44,651 nt of DNA from a virus (lineage: Duplodnaviria > Caudoviricetes). A program made the translations under genes and the position numbers. The stretch spans positions 1-44,651 of IMG/VR virus record IMGVR_UViG_3300036786_000190. The stretch is one strand, 5' to 3'. The notes under the pieces are model-generated. The model was given only the letters and a program-made list of their open reading frames with translations, ran no database searches and was not told the DNA's origin. This document shows, one piece after another, positions 24,951 to 34,462 of the stretch; positions within the stretch are counted from its first letter, which is position 1, and every line of letters starts with the position of its first letter.

Positions 24951-27900
24951 CGGCAGGAAATCCTCGTCATCGTCGTCCGGCGCGCGGATCGGGGGGCGCG
25001 TTCCGCCCGGACCGCCGGCCCACAAGGGCGCGTCGGGAGACGGCGACGGCGGCTCCAGCGCCATGTCGTCGGGCAGCGCGCGCACCCGGCCATTCTCGTC
25101 GACGAAGTCGGTCGCCTGGCGCACCAGCTTGAGGCCGAGCCACTGCATCCCGTCGCTCGCCTTCTTGGCGAAGCCCTTGTCGGCCATCGCCTTCGAGAAG
25201 CCCTTCTGGGTCCACTCCTTCTCGCCGGCGGCCTTGCACCAGGCGACGAACACCTCGTGCAGCTTCGACGACTGGACGCGCCCGCCGGGATCGTGCTCGG
25301 TGCACAGCCGCAGGAACCGCGCCAGCGGGTCGCTGTCGTCGCGATAGGCCTGCGTCGCCGCCTTCACCTCGGCGGGCTCGACGAAGCCGTGGGCGAGATA
25401 GTCCAGCAGCCCGCGCACGAGATGGTTGAACACGCCGGCCAGCTCGCCCGCCTTGATCTTGTCGCCGAGCCGCTCGTCCTTCTTCGGCCAGTTGACCGCG
25501 CCGTCGGGCGGCTGATCGATGTTGCGCAACCACGGCACCAGCTTCATCCGGCCCCATATCCCCTCGTCCGTGTCGGGAATGTCGGGCTTGGAATTGCCGC
25601 TCATGAGCAGCTTGAATTGCGGCAGCAGGTCGAAGAAGCCGCGATGCAGCGCCCGCACCGGCACCGGCTCGCCGCCGGTGACGAACTTGATCAGCGCCGA
25701 GTTGAGCTTCGCGCCGCGCTCCGGCTCGGACGCGCGCAGCATGCGGACGCCGCCAAGGCGGGCGAGATCGGGCGAGGCCTGGTCGCCGCGTTTCTTGATC
25801 CCCTGGTCGAGGAACGTCTCGATGAGCGTCGTGCCGCTATAGTCCCCGAGCGCCGCGCACCAGCTGTCGATCGTCGTCGACTTGCCGTTGCGGCCGCGCC
25901 CGTAATTGAACCAGAGCTTGTGCTCGCCGGTCTCGCCGGTCATCGCATAGCCGGCCACCTGGTGGAGGTAGCGCCGCATCGCCGGCAGCTCCTGCGCCCA
26001 TTCGAACATGGCCTCGTAGAGCGGCGCCGGGGCGGCGGGATCATAGTCGACGGGCGCGAGCTTGGTCAGCAGATCCTCGCGCTTGTGTCGCTCGAGCCGC
26101 ACCGAGGCCGACGAGCCGCCATCGGGCAGCGCCTCGCGCGCGAAGCGCAAGGTGCCGTTCATCACGTTGATGGCCAGCTTGTCGCGGTCGAATTCCTCGA
26201 TCGGCACGGTCAGCCAGCGCCGCGCGAGATTCGCCACCGAAGCCGGCTTCCCCACCTGCTCGCTCTGCCGTCCGAAGATGCGCAGCATCTCGGAGAAGAG
26301 GATGAAGGTCTTGCCCTTGGCGACCCACCGGTCGAGCCCGTGCGGATTGCCCTCGTCGTCGAGATCGAGCCGTTGCTCCTTCCCATCCTTGATCAGCGAC
26401 CATTTGACGCCCGTTTCGGCGACCCGCCGCGCCTCGCGCTGGATGTCGCGGATCGTCTCGAACACGGCCGAGATCAGCTCGGCGGGCAGCGTGTCCTTGT
26501 CCTGGTCGAGCACCTTCCAGCGGCGCTCGTCCCAGCCCAGCCACCCCTTGCCGGTGGTGAAGCGGAAATTGTGGCCGTGGCGGTCCCGGAACCGCTCGGC
26601 GATCCCGAAATCGGTCATCGGATAACCCGACAGCATGAGGTCCATCAAAGCCGGCTCCGGATCGAAGCCGCGCGCGATGCCGTCGTCGATCGCGCGGTCG
26701 ATATCGGCATGCTGGACGTCGGCGACATCCTCGCACAGCGGCCACAGCGCCTCCTTCGCCTCGCCGACGTCGAGCAGCCCGGCCGAGACCCGCCGCCCGA
26801 TGCTCCAGGCCAGCTGCGTCAGCGCCTTCGCCTCGCGCGCGACATGCTCCAGGCGGCCCTTCAGCCAATGCTCCGCGATCCGCATCAGCCGCGCCGTCTC
26901 GGCCTCGCTGAGCGCCCTTGGGGCCACTCCCGCACCCCCGCCACCATTTGGTTCGCGATCCAGCCTTCCGGACCGGAAGGATTGCGATTGATCATCGTCA
27001 CCGCCGGTGCGCGGGCGCGCGGGCGTGTCCGGGGGCGGACGCCCGGAAGGATGGCGCATGCCGGCGGACGAGCGGCGCGGGCGGGAGGCGCGCAAGCGCG
27101 CAGCGGCCGCGACCTCTGCGAGGTCGCGAGGATTGTTCAATCCGGCGGACCAGCCGCTGTCGATCGTCGCGAGCAGCTGGCCGTCATCGTCCCGGCCGGG
27201 ATTCTCCCGCGCGGCCGCCTCGAGCGAAAAGCGGGCGAGCGTCGCGTCGAGGGCGCCGGCCGCGACCAGCCCGGCGATCTTCAGCGCGCTTTCGTTGAGC
27301 TGGGCGTTGCGCCGGCCGCTCGGCGCCGATCGCACCGCCTGCAATTCCGCATCGAGGCCCGACAGGGCGTATTTTCGCACCGCGTCGCGCGCGGCATCGT
27401 CCATGTCGGCGGGCAAAGGCGGCGACGGCGACACAGGCCTCGCCGTTCGTCCCGAGCCGTCCGGAGGAGATTCCTTCCGTTTCGGCGCGCGCAGCTCCGC
27501 GATCAGCGCCGCCGGCGCCTCCGCGATCGGCGCGTCGGCCGCGCCGTGCAGCCAGCGGTAGCGACGACAATCCTCCATCACGCTCGGCGGCGCGATCACG
27601 TACCCGCCGAGCCCGCGCACATCGACATGGAGCGGAAGGTTGCCGCGATTGCGGATCGGCGCGCCGCCGTCGTCGGGCGTCACGTAATAGAGGTGGACGC
27701 CGCCGGAGGGTGTTCGTGCCGCCAGCGTCGCCCGCAGCGCGCAGCCGATCTGCGCCTCGGTCTCCGCCTTCAGCCGCTCGAGCGTATATTCCTCGCCCGT
27801 CTCCGGATCGTGGCGCGGATCGAAATCGAGCACGAACAGGCGGCGATTGACCGCGCCCGGCTTGCCGTCCTCGAACAGCTCGGCATGGCCGGTGGCGAGG

Positions 27901-28130
27901 CCTACCATCGCCAGCGGCCACTTCTTCCACCAGGTGCGGATCTCCTGCTCGTGCACCGACGCGCGCGAGACGCCACCGGTGCCCTTGATCTTCTGCCCCG
28001 TTTTCGGGTCCTTCGCCGCTGCCAGCAAAGGCTGCTTGTTCGCCGTGTTGCAGGGAAAGACCGGCCACCCGCGCGCCGCGAAGGCCAGCGCCGCGTCGAG
28101 CATCGGCGATGTCTGGGGCGCGCGCTTCAT
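24948..28130 (-). CDS. Bifunctional primase-polymerase fused to P4/D5-type SF3 helicase
   Basis: ATG 28130. Prim-Pol motifs GWPVFPC, FVLDFD, RTPSGGVHLY and DVRGLGGYVIAPPS; D5_N region; Walker A GRGRNGKST; ASEP; W.R. Confidence 0.93.
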   Translation of the reverse strand: MKRAPQTSPMLDAALAFAARGWPVFPCNTANKQPLLAAAKDPKTGQKIKGTGGVSRASVHEQEIRTWWKKWPLAMVGLATGHAELFEDGKPGAVNRRLFVLDFDPRHDPETGEEYTLERLKAETEAQIGCALRATLAARTPSGGVHLYYVTPDDGGAPIRNRGNLPLHVDVRGLGGYVIAPPSVMEDCRRYRWLHGAADAPIAEAPAALIAELRAPKRKESPPDGSGRTARPVSPSPPLPADMDDAARDAVRKYALSGLDAELQAVRSAPSGRRNAQLNESALKIAGLVAAGALDATLARFSLEAAARENPGRDDDGQLLATIDSGWSAGLNNPRDLAEVAAAARLRASRPRRSSAGMRHPSGRPPPDTPARPRTGGDDDQSQSFRSGRLDREPNGGGGAGVAPRALSEAETARLMRIAEHWLKGRLEHVAREAKALTQLAWSIGRRVSAGLLDVGEAKEALWPLCEDVADVQHADIDRAIDDGIARGFDPEPALMDLMLSGYPMTDFGIAERFRDRHGHNFRFTTGKGWLGWDERRWKVLDQDKDTLPAELISAVFETIRDIQREARRVAETGVKWSLIKDGKEQRLDLDDEGNPHGLDRWVAKGKTFILFSEMLRIFGRQSEQVGKPASVANLARRWLTVPIEEFDRDKLAINVMNGTLRFAREALPDGGSSASVRLERHKREDLLTKLAPVDYDPAAPAPLYEAMFEWAQELPAMRRYLHQVAGYAMTGETGEHKLWFNYGRGRNGKSTTIDSWCAALGDYSGTTLIETFLDQGIKKRGDQASPDLARLGGVRMLRASEPERGAKLNSALIKFVTGGEPVPVRALHRGFFDLLPQFKLLMSGNSKPDIPDTDEGIWGRMKLVPWLRNIDQPPDGAVNWPKKDERLGDKIKAGELAGVFNHLVRGLLDYLAHGFVEPAEVKAATQAYRDDSDPLARFLRLCTEHDPGGRVQSSKLHEVFVAWCKAAGEKEWTQKGFSKAMADKGFAKKASDGMQWLGLKLVRQATDFVDENGRVRALPDDMALEPPSPSPDAPLWAGGPGGTRPPIRAPDDDDEDFLP

Positions 28131-29341
28131 GACCCGACCAGCTCGCGAAACAGGATCGGCTGCACCGATCCGTCCTGATGGAAGCTGTCGAGCCACGCCG
28201 CGGCGCTCGGCTCGCTGCCGTCCCAGCCGTCCGGCCACGTCTTCAGCGCGATCAGCTCGCGGATCCGCGCCTCTTCCTCGCCGTTGATCAGGTCGACGCC
28301 CGACCGGCGCTGAATGTCGAGCACCCGGTCGAGCACCCGCAGCCGCGCCTTGAACGTCAGCGGCCCCATCCGCTGCTGGTTCTTCGCCAGCGTCCCGTCC
28401 TTGAGCCTCTCGCCGCCTGCCTTGCGGAGCCGCTGCGCCGGCTTTCTCAGCCACCGGTAGAGCGGCTTCAGTTCCATCAGCGGACGCAAATGGCGCCAGG
28501 CCGGCATGGCCACGATCGTCTCGAGCGCCGTATCGCGCTCCGCCAGCGGGCAGCCGATGCAGCCGGTCCGCGCGTTGATCTCCTCGGCCTCGTCGCCGCC
28601 ATAGGCGTCGGCGAGGATCTTCGTCGGCCAGCCCCCGAATTCAGGCTGCGGCGCATAGAATTTCAGCCAGTCCCAGACGATGCAGACGCGCCAGTGGAGG
28701 ATCGGCGCCAGCGTCGCGACCCGGCCCCTGATGCCCTTCGCCTCGGGCAGCACCTGTTGATACCAGCCCTGCCCGCACTCGGCGCCATCCTTCGAGCACG
28801 ACATGGCGATCCGGTCGTCGCGCACCGCGCTTTCGCCCATCCGGACGCCGGTGATCATCAGCGCCGAGCCGGGCAGCGCCGAGATCGCCTCTTCCAGCGC
28901 CGCCGCCATCGGATCGACCTTGATCTGCCGCGTGCACCAGCGCAGCGTGTTGTTGTTCGGCGGCGGCACGCCCCGGCCGAGCATGTAGACCATGAAGCGC
29001 TTGTCGAGCGGCGCCCGCACCACGATCACGCGGATCCAGTTACGACGGCGCAGCATGGCCATGATCGCTTCGGCTGCCGCCTGGATCGGCGGCAGCTCCT
29101 GCCGCGTGTCGGCATAGAAGACGTACAGGATCTCCGGCTGCGGCAGCTCGCCGGCGTCGATCATGTGGATCAGCAGCGTCAGCGTCGCCGTGCTGTCCTT
29201 CCCGCCGGACCAGGCGACGGCGATATGGCTATGGTCGGGCCAATAGGCGCGGAGCGACTGGAGGGTCAGCTCCACCGCCTCCTCGTGCACCATGCGGACG
29301 CTCAGCGAAGACGCCGAGAAGAGATCGGCGCGCGCGGTCAT
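28127..29341 (-). CDS. PAPS reductase family protein, DndC-like
   Basis: PP-loop AWSGGKDS, RWCT..IK..P, GVR.GES..R, RTGCIGCP, and C-terminal GPLT..AR......LDIQ....LI..EE. Confidence 0.85.
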   Translation of the reverse strand: MTARADLFSASSLSVRMVHEEAVELTLQSLRAYWPDHSHIAVAWSGGKDSTATLTLLIHMIDAGELPQPEILYVFYADTRQELPPIQAAAEAIMAMLRRRNWIRVIVVRAPLDKRFMVYMLGRGVPPPNNNTLRWCTRQIKVDPMAAALEEAISALPGSALMITGVRMGESAVRDDRIAMSCSKDGAECGQGWYQQVLPEAKGIRGRVATLAPILHWRVCIVWDWLKFYAPQPEFGGWPTKILADAYGGDEAEEINARTGCIGCPLAERDTALETIVAMPAWRHLRPLMELKPLYRWLRKPAQRLRKAGGERLKDGTLAKNQQRMGPLTFKARLRVLDRVLDIQRRSGVDLINGEEEARIRELIALKTWPDGWDGSEPSAAAWLDSFHQDGSVQPILFRELVGS

Positions 29342-29583
29342 AGGAGCCCCCACTCGCGCGCGCGCTCCTCAGCGTGGCGGCGGCAATAGGGCGAGCACTC
29401 GCCCTCGTAATAGCCGGGCTCGGTCCAATAGATCGGGTCACCCGCCGGGATCTCGCACCCTTCCTCGCAATAGCGGTCGTCGCCATCGCTGGGCAGCTCG
29501 CCAAGTGTGAGATCGCCGATCGTCGCCGGCACCCCATCGGCCGAGGACGCGCCCGCGCCTCGGCTTTGCCCCCGCCCCGCCAT
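29338..29583 (-). CDS. Small Cys-rich hypothetical protein
   Basis: CEEGC...YCRRH; stop overlaps the downstream start. Confidence 0.65.
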   Translation of the reverse strand: MAGRGQSRGAGASSADGVPATIGDLTLGELPSDGDDRYCEEGCEIPAGDPIYWTEPGYYEGECSPYCRRHAEERAREWGLL

Positions 29584-29586
29584 CGC

Positions 29587-29811
29587 CTATTCGATCCGCT
29601 CGAAGCGGAGGCGGAAGCCGAGCTTGGCGAGGACGCGCGCGGGCGGCGCGCGGCGCCCCGCGAGGATGTTGGAGAGGGTCGGCTGCGAAATGCCGAGCTC
29701 GTGCGCCAGGCGCTTGCGCATGCCGCGCCGCGGCGCCCGCGCGCGAACCTCCGCCGCCAGCTCATCGAGCCCCACGGCGAAAGCGGTGACGAGCGGGCGC
29801 GCGCGCGGCAT
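29587..29811 (-). CDS. Small XRE-type HTH protein
   Basis: LAHELGISQPTLSNILAGRRAP. Confidence 0.8.
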   Translation of the reverse strand: MPRARPLVTAFAVGLDELAAEVRARAPRRGMRKRLAHELGISQPTLSNILAGRRAPPARVLAKLGFRLRFERIE

Positions 29812-30080
29812 CAGTCGACGATCCCCGCGACGTCGCGCCAGGCTCCGATGCGACCGGCATACATGGTGGGCCGGATCGCGATCGGGTCGTCTTTCCAGCG
29901 ATGTAATTTGACCAGCCCCCGCGCGGCAAGGCGGCGGCAGCAGGCCTCCTGATCGTCAGGCACCTGCTGAACGCAATGATTGTCGCCATAGTCGGGAAGA
30001 GCGGCGAGCAGCTTCAGCTCGTCCTGCGGCAGCGGCAAGTCGAATGAGGGCAGCTCGTCGAAGAGGATGTCGCCGGCCAT
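29811..30080 (-). CDS. Hypothetical protein (possible winged HTH)
   Basis: TGATG-coupled ORF; CRRLAARGLV motif. Confidence 0.65.
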   Translation of the reverse strand: MAGDILFDELPSFDLPLPQDELKLLAALPDYGDNHCVQQVPDDQEACCRRLAARGLVKLHRWKDDPIAIRPTMYAGRIGAWRDVAGIVD

Positions 30081-30280
30081 CAGTCCACCAATCCCGCGCG
30101 GAAGGAGGAAGCGAGGCCGCGCAGCGCCGCCAGCAGCGGCGAGCGCACCTCTTCCCCATGCCGCAGCTTGTTCGGGCCGAAAGGGAGCCCGTTCTCCACC
30201 GCATCGGCATAGCGGTCGATGAAGTCGGCCGATTCGAGATCGCGCTCGGCGCGGATCGTCTCGCGCCGCTGGCGGGTCAT
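30080..30280 (-). CDS. Hypothetical protein
   Basis: 66-aa ORF with start/stop overlaps at both ends. Confidence 0.65.
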   Translation of the reverse strand: MTRQRRETIRAERDLESADFIDRYADAVENGLPFGPNKLRHGEEVRSPLLAALRGLASSFRAGLVD

Positions 30281-30507
30281 CGCTCTACCCTCACCGCGTC
30301 GGCGTCAATGATCGAGTAGCGCTCGCCATCGAAGTTCTGCGCAAAACGAACGAAGCAACCCCGCTTGTCGGCGTTGGGACACCAGTCCCACCAATACCAG
30401 CAGGTGCCGGGTCCGGCCTGCACATCGCGCGTGCACTGGCCCCGGCTCTTTGGCCGCCGCCAAGTCAGCTGCGGCGGATCCTCGAAGAGAGTTGCCTCTG
30501 CCGTCAT
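30277..30507 (-). CDS. Small Cys/Trp-rich hypothetical protein
   Basis: ATG 30507 (ATGA overlap); GTCWYWWDWCP...GC. Confidence 0.62.
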   Translation of the reverse strand: MTAEATLFEDPPQLTWRRPKSRGQCTRDVQAGPGTCWYWWDWCPNADKRGCFVRFAQNFDGERYSIIDADAVRVER

Positions 30508-30728
30508 TGACGCGTGGCCCTCTCGCCAATGCCTGCGCCGTCCTCGACGGGGATCTTCGCGTATTCCATCTTGCTCGCCCGGCAGAGCGGCGAACGGGCG
30601 GCATGATCGTAGCCGATGCGGTTCTGGACGGCGGTCATCCACTGCATGATGTCGCTGCCCGGTAGCCGGTCGGGCACGGTGACCGACGCCTCTGCCGACA
30701 TACAGCTGCACTTGTAGAGGACGTTCAC
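30504..30728 (-). CDS. Small hypothetical protein (CxC...H...C)
   Basis: GTG 30728 overlaps the upstream stop; the longer ORF-track start is unlikely. Confidence 0.6.
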   Translation of the reverse strand: MNVLYKCSCMSAEASVTVPDRLPGSDIMQWMTAVQNRIGYDHAARSPLCRASKMEYAKIPVEDGAGIGERATRQ

Positions 30729-30976
30729 TCGACCGCCTCCCCCATCCGCCGCGCCGCCTCGGCCGCGGGCGAGTGCTCGGCGATCCATCGGGCGGCGGCG
30801 AGGCTCAGCTCCGAGACGCGGACGATGGCCTTTTCCTGCCCGGCCACCGCGATCGCGCGGCGCTGGTCGAACGGCAGCAGCCGCCAGTGCGCGTCGCACA
30901 GCCGTTTCCAGCGCGGCACCGCCGCCCCGCACCCGCGGACGATGCAGACATGCCTTGGGGGGCTGCGGCGCTTCAT
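30725..30976 (-). CDS. Small zinc-finger protein (C-x4-C...C-x2-H)
   Basis: HVCIVRGC...LCDAHWRLLP; ATG 30976 coupled to the upstream stop. Confidence 0.7.
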   Translation of the reverse strand: MKRRSPPRHVCIVRGCGAAVPRWKRLCDAHWRLLPFDQRRAIAVAGQEKAIVRVSELSLAAARWIAEHSPAAEAARRMGEAVE

Positions 30977-31596
30977 CAGTCCACCGTCGCCGGATCGTTG
31001 CGCTCGAGCCATTGCTCGCGATTGTCGCCCAACCTTCGGTCGAGTTGCTCCTCCGTCTCAGGCCAGAGGTGCATGTCGTGGACGAGACGCTTGTAGGTGG
31101 AGCTCCACCAATCGCGGACAGCACAGACGGGGTGCTTGAACCCAAGGATGTCGATGGCGTGCAGAAGATGAAGCTGGAAATGGTGAGGAATTGCATCCAA
31201 CTCGCGCAAATATTGAGCGACGACCGCGTCCATATGTTCGCGCCAATCGTGCTTCAGCGTCGTCGGATCGTAGCTCGGCCCGGTGAATGAGCCGCCGCCT
31301 GGCCCGTAAGGCGTCTCGAGCACCTTTCCGTCCATCGCGGAGAACAGGATGCAGCGGCGGTACCAGCGCAGCAACATCTTCGGCGCCCCATATTTCGCTA
31401 CGCCGTCAGGGCCGCGAATAGCCGTCAGGAGCACGGTTTGCTGCATGAAGGTCAGGTGCGCGACCCAATCCTGCAGAACGGATCGAGGGCCGCCAACGCG
31501 GGGATCCCCGAACGGGCGCGTGTGGCAATCATGACAATAGCCGTTGCTGTCGACATAGGTGTGCCGGCAGAGCCCGGCGTAAGCGTCGTCGCTCAT
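30976..31596 (-). CDS. Hypothetical His-rich helical protein
   Basis: 206-aa coupled ORF; N-terminal C.H...C..C; SVLQDWV...RGPDG; PHHFQLHLLHA..ILG..HP. Confidence 0.75.
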   Translation of the reverse strand: MSDDAYAGLCRHTYVDSNGYCHDCHTRPFGDPRVGGPRSVLQDWVAHLTFMQQTVLLTAIRGPDGVAKYGAPKMLLRWYRRCILFSAMDGKVLETPYGPGGGSFTGPSYDPTTLKHDWREHMDAVVAQYLRELDAIPHHFQLHLLHAIDILGFKHPVCAVRDWWSSTYKRLVHDMHLWPETEEQLDRRLGDNREQWLERNDPATVD

Positions 31597-34208
31597 TCCG
31601 CCGCCTCCATCACTTCGGGGATTTCGTCTTCCTCGCCCTCGGCCGAGGCCTCCTCGGCGGCGATCAGGTCGAACAGGCTGGGCGTCGCGCGCGCGCGATC
31701 GGCATCGCGCAGGATGCGCACGGCATCGTCGAAATAATCTGGGTTAAGCTCGACCCCGAGCCCGCGCCGGCCGAGCTTCACCGCGCGCAGCGGCACCGTC
31801 ATCAGCCCGCCGAACGGATCGTAGACCACCTCGCCGGGATTGCTGTCGGAGACGATCAGCCGGTCGACGATGTCGAACTGGAGCGGGCAGAGGTGCATCT
31901 CGCGCCCCTTCGCGGCCTGCTCGCCGTTGAGCGTCCGCATCCGCGCCACGTCGCTCCAGATGTCGGGGTGCCAGGCATGCGGCGGCAGCAAGGCGAAACC
32001 GGAGGGCAGCGACTTCGCATCCTCCAGCCCCTGGTTGAGCCCGACATGCCATTCATGGTCGTAGACGCTGGCGGTCACCGCCGCGCGGAAGCGGCGATAG
32101 ATGTCGCGCGCCGGCAGGCCGGCGAGATCCTCGCGCGCCAGCAGCCTGTCGCCGGAGCTCCGCCACTTGGCATGCGCGTCGATCTGCCAGCGGGCCCGCG
32201 GATAATCGGCCTTCGCCTTCACCACCGGCACGTCGGCATAGCCGTTCGAGCTGTCGCTCGGCGCCTTGCGGAACAGCAGCACATATTCCGGCATGCCCAC
32301 CGACATGCGGCTGCCGTCCTTGCACTTCTCGGTCCAGCCGAGCCGATAGGTCTGGTTGTTCTCGCGGACCACGTCGGTCTCGACCGTGATCATCCCCATG
32401 TAGAAGAAGCCGTGGCGCCGGTAATGGGCGATGCACTCGGCGTGGAACGGATCGACCGTCTGGAAGCCGACGCCCTCCATGCCGCCCGGACGCACCCGAT
32501 CTTTAACGTGGACGCAAAGCTTCCGCCCAGGCTGGAGCACGCGCAGCAGCTCCGGCGTCAGATAGTCCATCTGCCGGAAGAAATGGGCGCTGTCGTCGCT
32601 ATGGCCGAAATCGTTGTAGCTCGGCGTGTATTCATACTGCGTCGAAAACGGGATCGAGGTGACGATCACGCCGACGCTGTCGCTCTCCAGCTTGGCAGTG
32701 CGGATCACCGTGTCGTTACGATAGACGGTCCAGCCGTCGCCCTGCTCAACCCGCTCGGCCGCGCCTTCGTCGACCGTCCGCTCCAGCAGGTCGCTCGCGC
32801 CCGTCAGGCCGAGCCCGTAGGTGCGGATGATCTCCGACATGCGGGCGCACATTGCTTCGTGGTCGCGCCACTTCCGCTCGAATTCCGCCTTCACCGCGCG
32901 CTCAGCCTCGGTGAAGATGAAGTCGATCAGCACCTCGAACAGCTGGCCGTAGCGCTGCAGGCGATGAATCGCCTGGATGATGTCGCGGAACTTGAAGCCG
33001 ATGCCGAGGAAGATCGCCCAGTGGCAATGCTTCTGAAAGTTGCCGCCGGCGCCGGCGATCACCGGCTTGGTGGACAGCTCCTGGGCCCGGCCGGTCTTGA
33101 ACGCCTGGAAGGCCTCCGAGCGCGCGTCGAGGTCCTGCGACCCCCAGACGGAGCGAACGCCCGGGATCGCCTTCTCTATCGCCAGGCGCTCCGCCTCGAG
33201 GTCGTGCCAGATCAGCCGGTGCGCCCCCGGATCCTCAGCCCGCAGTTGCATCAGCTTGGCCACCCGCGCGTCGATGCTGTCGCGCTTCTCGCGCGAGGCG
33301 CCGACGACGCCCAGCGCCTCGCGCTTCAGCAGCAGGCCTTGGCCGTCCGCCTCCTCGCCTGCCTTCAGATGGTCGCTCGGCACCTCGTGCCAGCGGACGC
33401 GGAGCGGCGGCAGGTCGTACCCTTCGTCGCTATGGCCGAGATCGCTCGGCCGCTGGACGAAGGCGGCCCAACTGTTCACCCACATCCAGAATTCGTCGAC
33501 CTTGTGCTGATGGATGGTGAGGTTGTCGGCTTCCTCGCTGTTGCGCTTGAAGAAGCGGGTCTTCGCCTGGCCGACGTCCATCACCTCCAGGAAGGCGCAA
33601 TAGGCGAGCAGCTCGACATATTCGTTCGGGCTCGGCGTCGCGGTGGCCACGAACTTGTAGGCCATGCCGTCGAACAGCCGCATGAACTCACGGAAGGTCT
33701 TGGTGCCGCCGAAGCCGCGGAGGCAGTCGGCTTCGTCGAGCGAGGCGCCGTTGAAGAGCGAGAGGTCGATCTTGCCTTCCCGCACGCTCTCGTAATTGGT
33801 GAGATACTGGCCGACCCAGCCCGCGTCACGCAGCGCAATCACTTCCGCCGTCGTGCGGACGAACTTCGTCTCGACCCCGATCCGGCCCGCATCCTCGGCG
33901 AACGTCCCCTCAAGGATGACGTTGAGAGGCGCCACCTGCAGCTGCAGCCCGCCGATCCGCCCACGGATCAGGCGGAGGATTTCGAGCTGCATGATCGTCT
34001 TGTGCAGGCCGAAATTCGCGAAGATCGCCCGGCGGCCGCCGCGCACCGCCCACACGACCATGTCGCGATTGTGCGGCTTCAGCGCCGGGTGAACGTCCTC
34101 AGGCGCAACGTCGAAGCCGAGCGGCGGCAGCGCGATGATCTTCGCGCGCACGAAGTCCAGGTAGGACTGCGGCTCGGCCGAGGCCTCGGAGGCGGGGCCG
34201 TATCTCAT
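31593..34208 (-). CDS. SF2/SNF2-like helicase fused to amino-MTase (N4C/N6A, beta class)
   Basis: Helicase motifs GLHKT, LDEAD, TATPSPN and QAIHRLQRYGQ; MTase motifs VTSIPF, HLCPLQ, VYDPFGG and GVELN. Confidence 0.9.
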   Translation of the reverse strand: MRYGPASEASAEPQSYLDFVRAKIIALPPLGFDVAPEDVHPALKPHNRDMVVWAVRGGRRAIFANFGLHKTIMQLEILRLIRGRIGGLQLQVAPLNVILEGTFAEDAGRIGVETKFVRTTAEVIALRDAGWVGQYLTNYESVREGKIDLSLFNGASLDEADCLRGFGGTKTFREFMRLFDGMAYKFVATATPSPNEYVELLAYCAFLEVMDVGQAKTRFFKRNSEEADNLTIHQHKVDEFWMWVNSWAAFVQRPSDLGHSDEGYDLPPLRVRWHEVPSDHLKAGEEADGQGLLLKREALGVVGASREKRDSIDARVAKLMQLRAEDPGAHRLIWHDLEAERLAIEKAIPGVRSVWGSQDLDARSEAFQAFKTGRAQELSTKPVIAGAGGNFQKHCHWAIFLGIGFKFRDIIQAIHRLQRYGQLFEVLIDFIFTEAERAVKAEFERKWRDHEAMCARMSEIIRTYGLGLTGASDLLERTVDEGAAERVEQGDGWTVYRNDTVIRTAKLESDSVGVIVTSIPFSTQYEYTPSYNDFGHSDDSAHFFRQMDYLTPELLRVLQPGRKLCVHVKDRVRPGGMEGVGFQTVDPFHAECIAHYRRHGFFYMGMITVETDVVRENNQTYRLGWTEKCKDGSRMSVGMPEYVLLFRKAPSDSSNGYADVPVVKAKADYPRARWQIDAHAKWRSSGDRLLAREDLAGLPARDIYRRFRAAVTASVYDHEWHVGLNQGLEDAKSLPSGFALLPPHAWHPDIWSDVARMRTLNGEQAAKGREMHLCPLQFDIVDRLIVSDSNPGEVVYDPFGGLMTVPLRAVKLGRRGLGVELNPDYFDDAVRILRDADRARATPSLFDLIAAEEASAEGEEDEIPEVMEAAE

Positions 34209-34462
34209 TGGATGTGCCGCCGCACTTCCTGCGCGGCGTCTCGAAGCTGGTCCGCGAGCTTATCGGCGTCATCCGGTGTGATGTGGGCGACCAGCGCAAG
34301 GCCGCGCTGGCCCGGCGTCAGCGAGCAGGCGGTGCCGACGCAAACGACCGGACCGATCGGAGATTCGAGGCTCGCCCCGACCATCACCTGCGGCTGATCG
34401 TCAGGCGCGGCCATGCCGATGACGGGCACGTTCTTCCGATTGAGGCTGGTGACGCCGCTCAT
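34205..34462 (-). CDS. Hypothetical protein
   Basis: 85-aa ORF with ATGA overlaps at both ends. Confidence 0.68.
   Translation of the reverse strand: MSGVTSLNRKNVPVIGMAAPDDQPQVMVGASLESPIGPVVCVGTACSLTPGQRGLALVAHITPDDADKLADQLRDAAQEVRRHIQ

Noticed and set aside
24684-28178. 1164-aa plus-strand ORF
   Set aside because: Antisense shadow of the primase-helicase gene.
28127-29341. Complete Dnd/Ssp phosphorothioate system or cysH auxiliary metabolic gene
   Set aside because: No partner dnd/ssp genes are present, and the length and C-terminal motifs do not fit a simple CysH call.
31893-34397. 834-aa plus-strand ORF
   Set aside because: Antisense shadow of the helicase-MTase gene.
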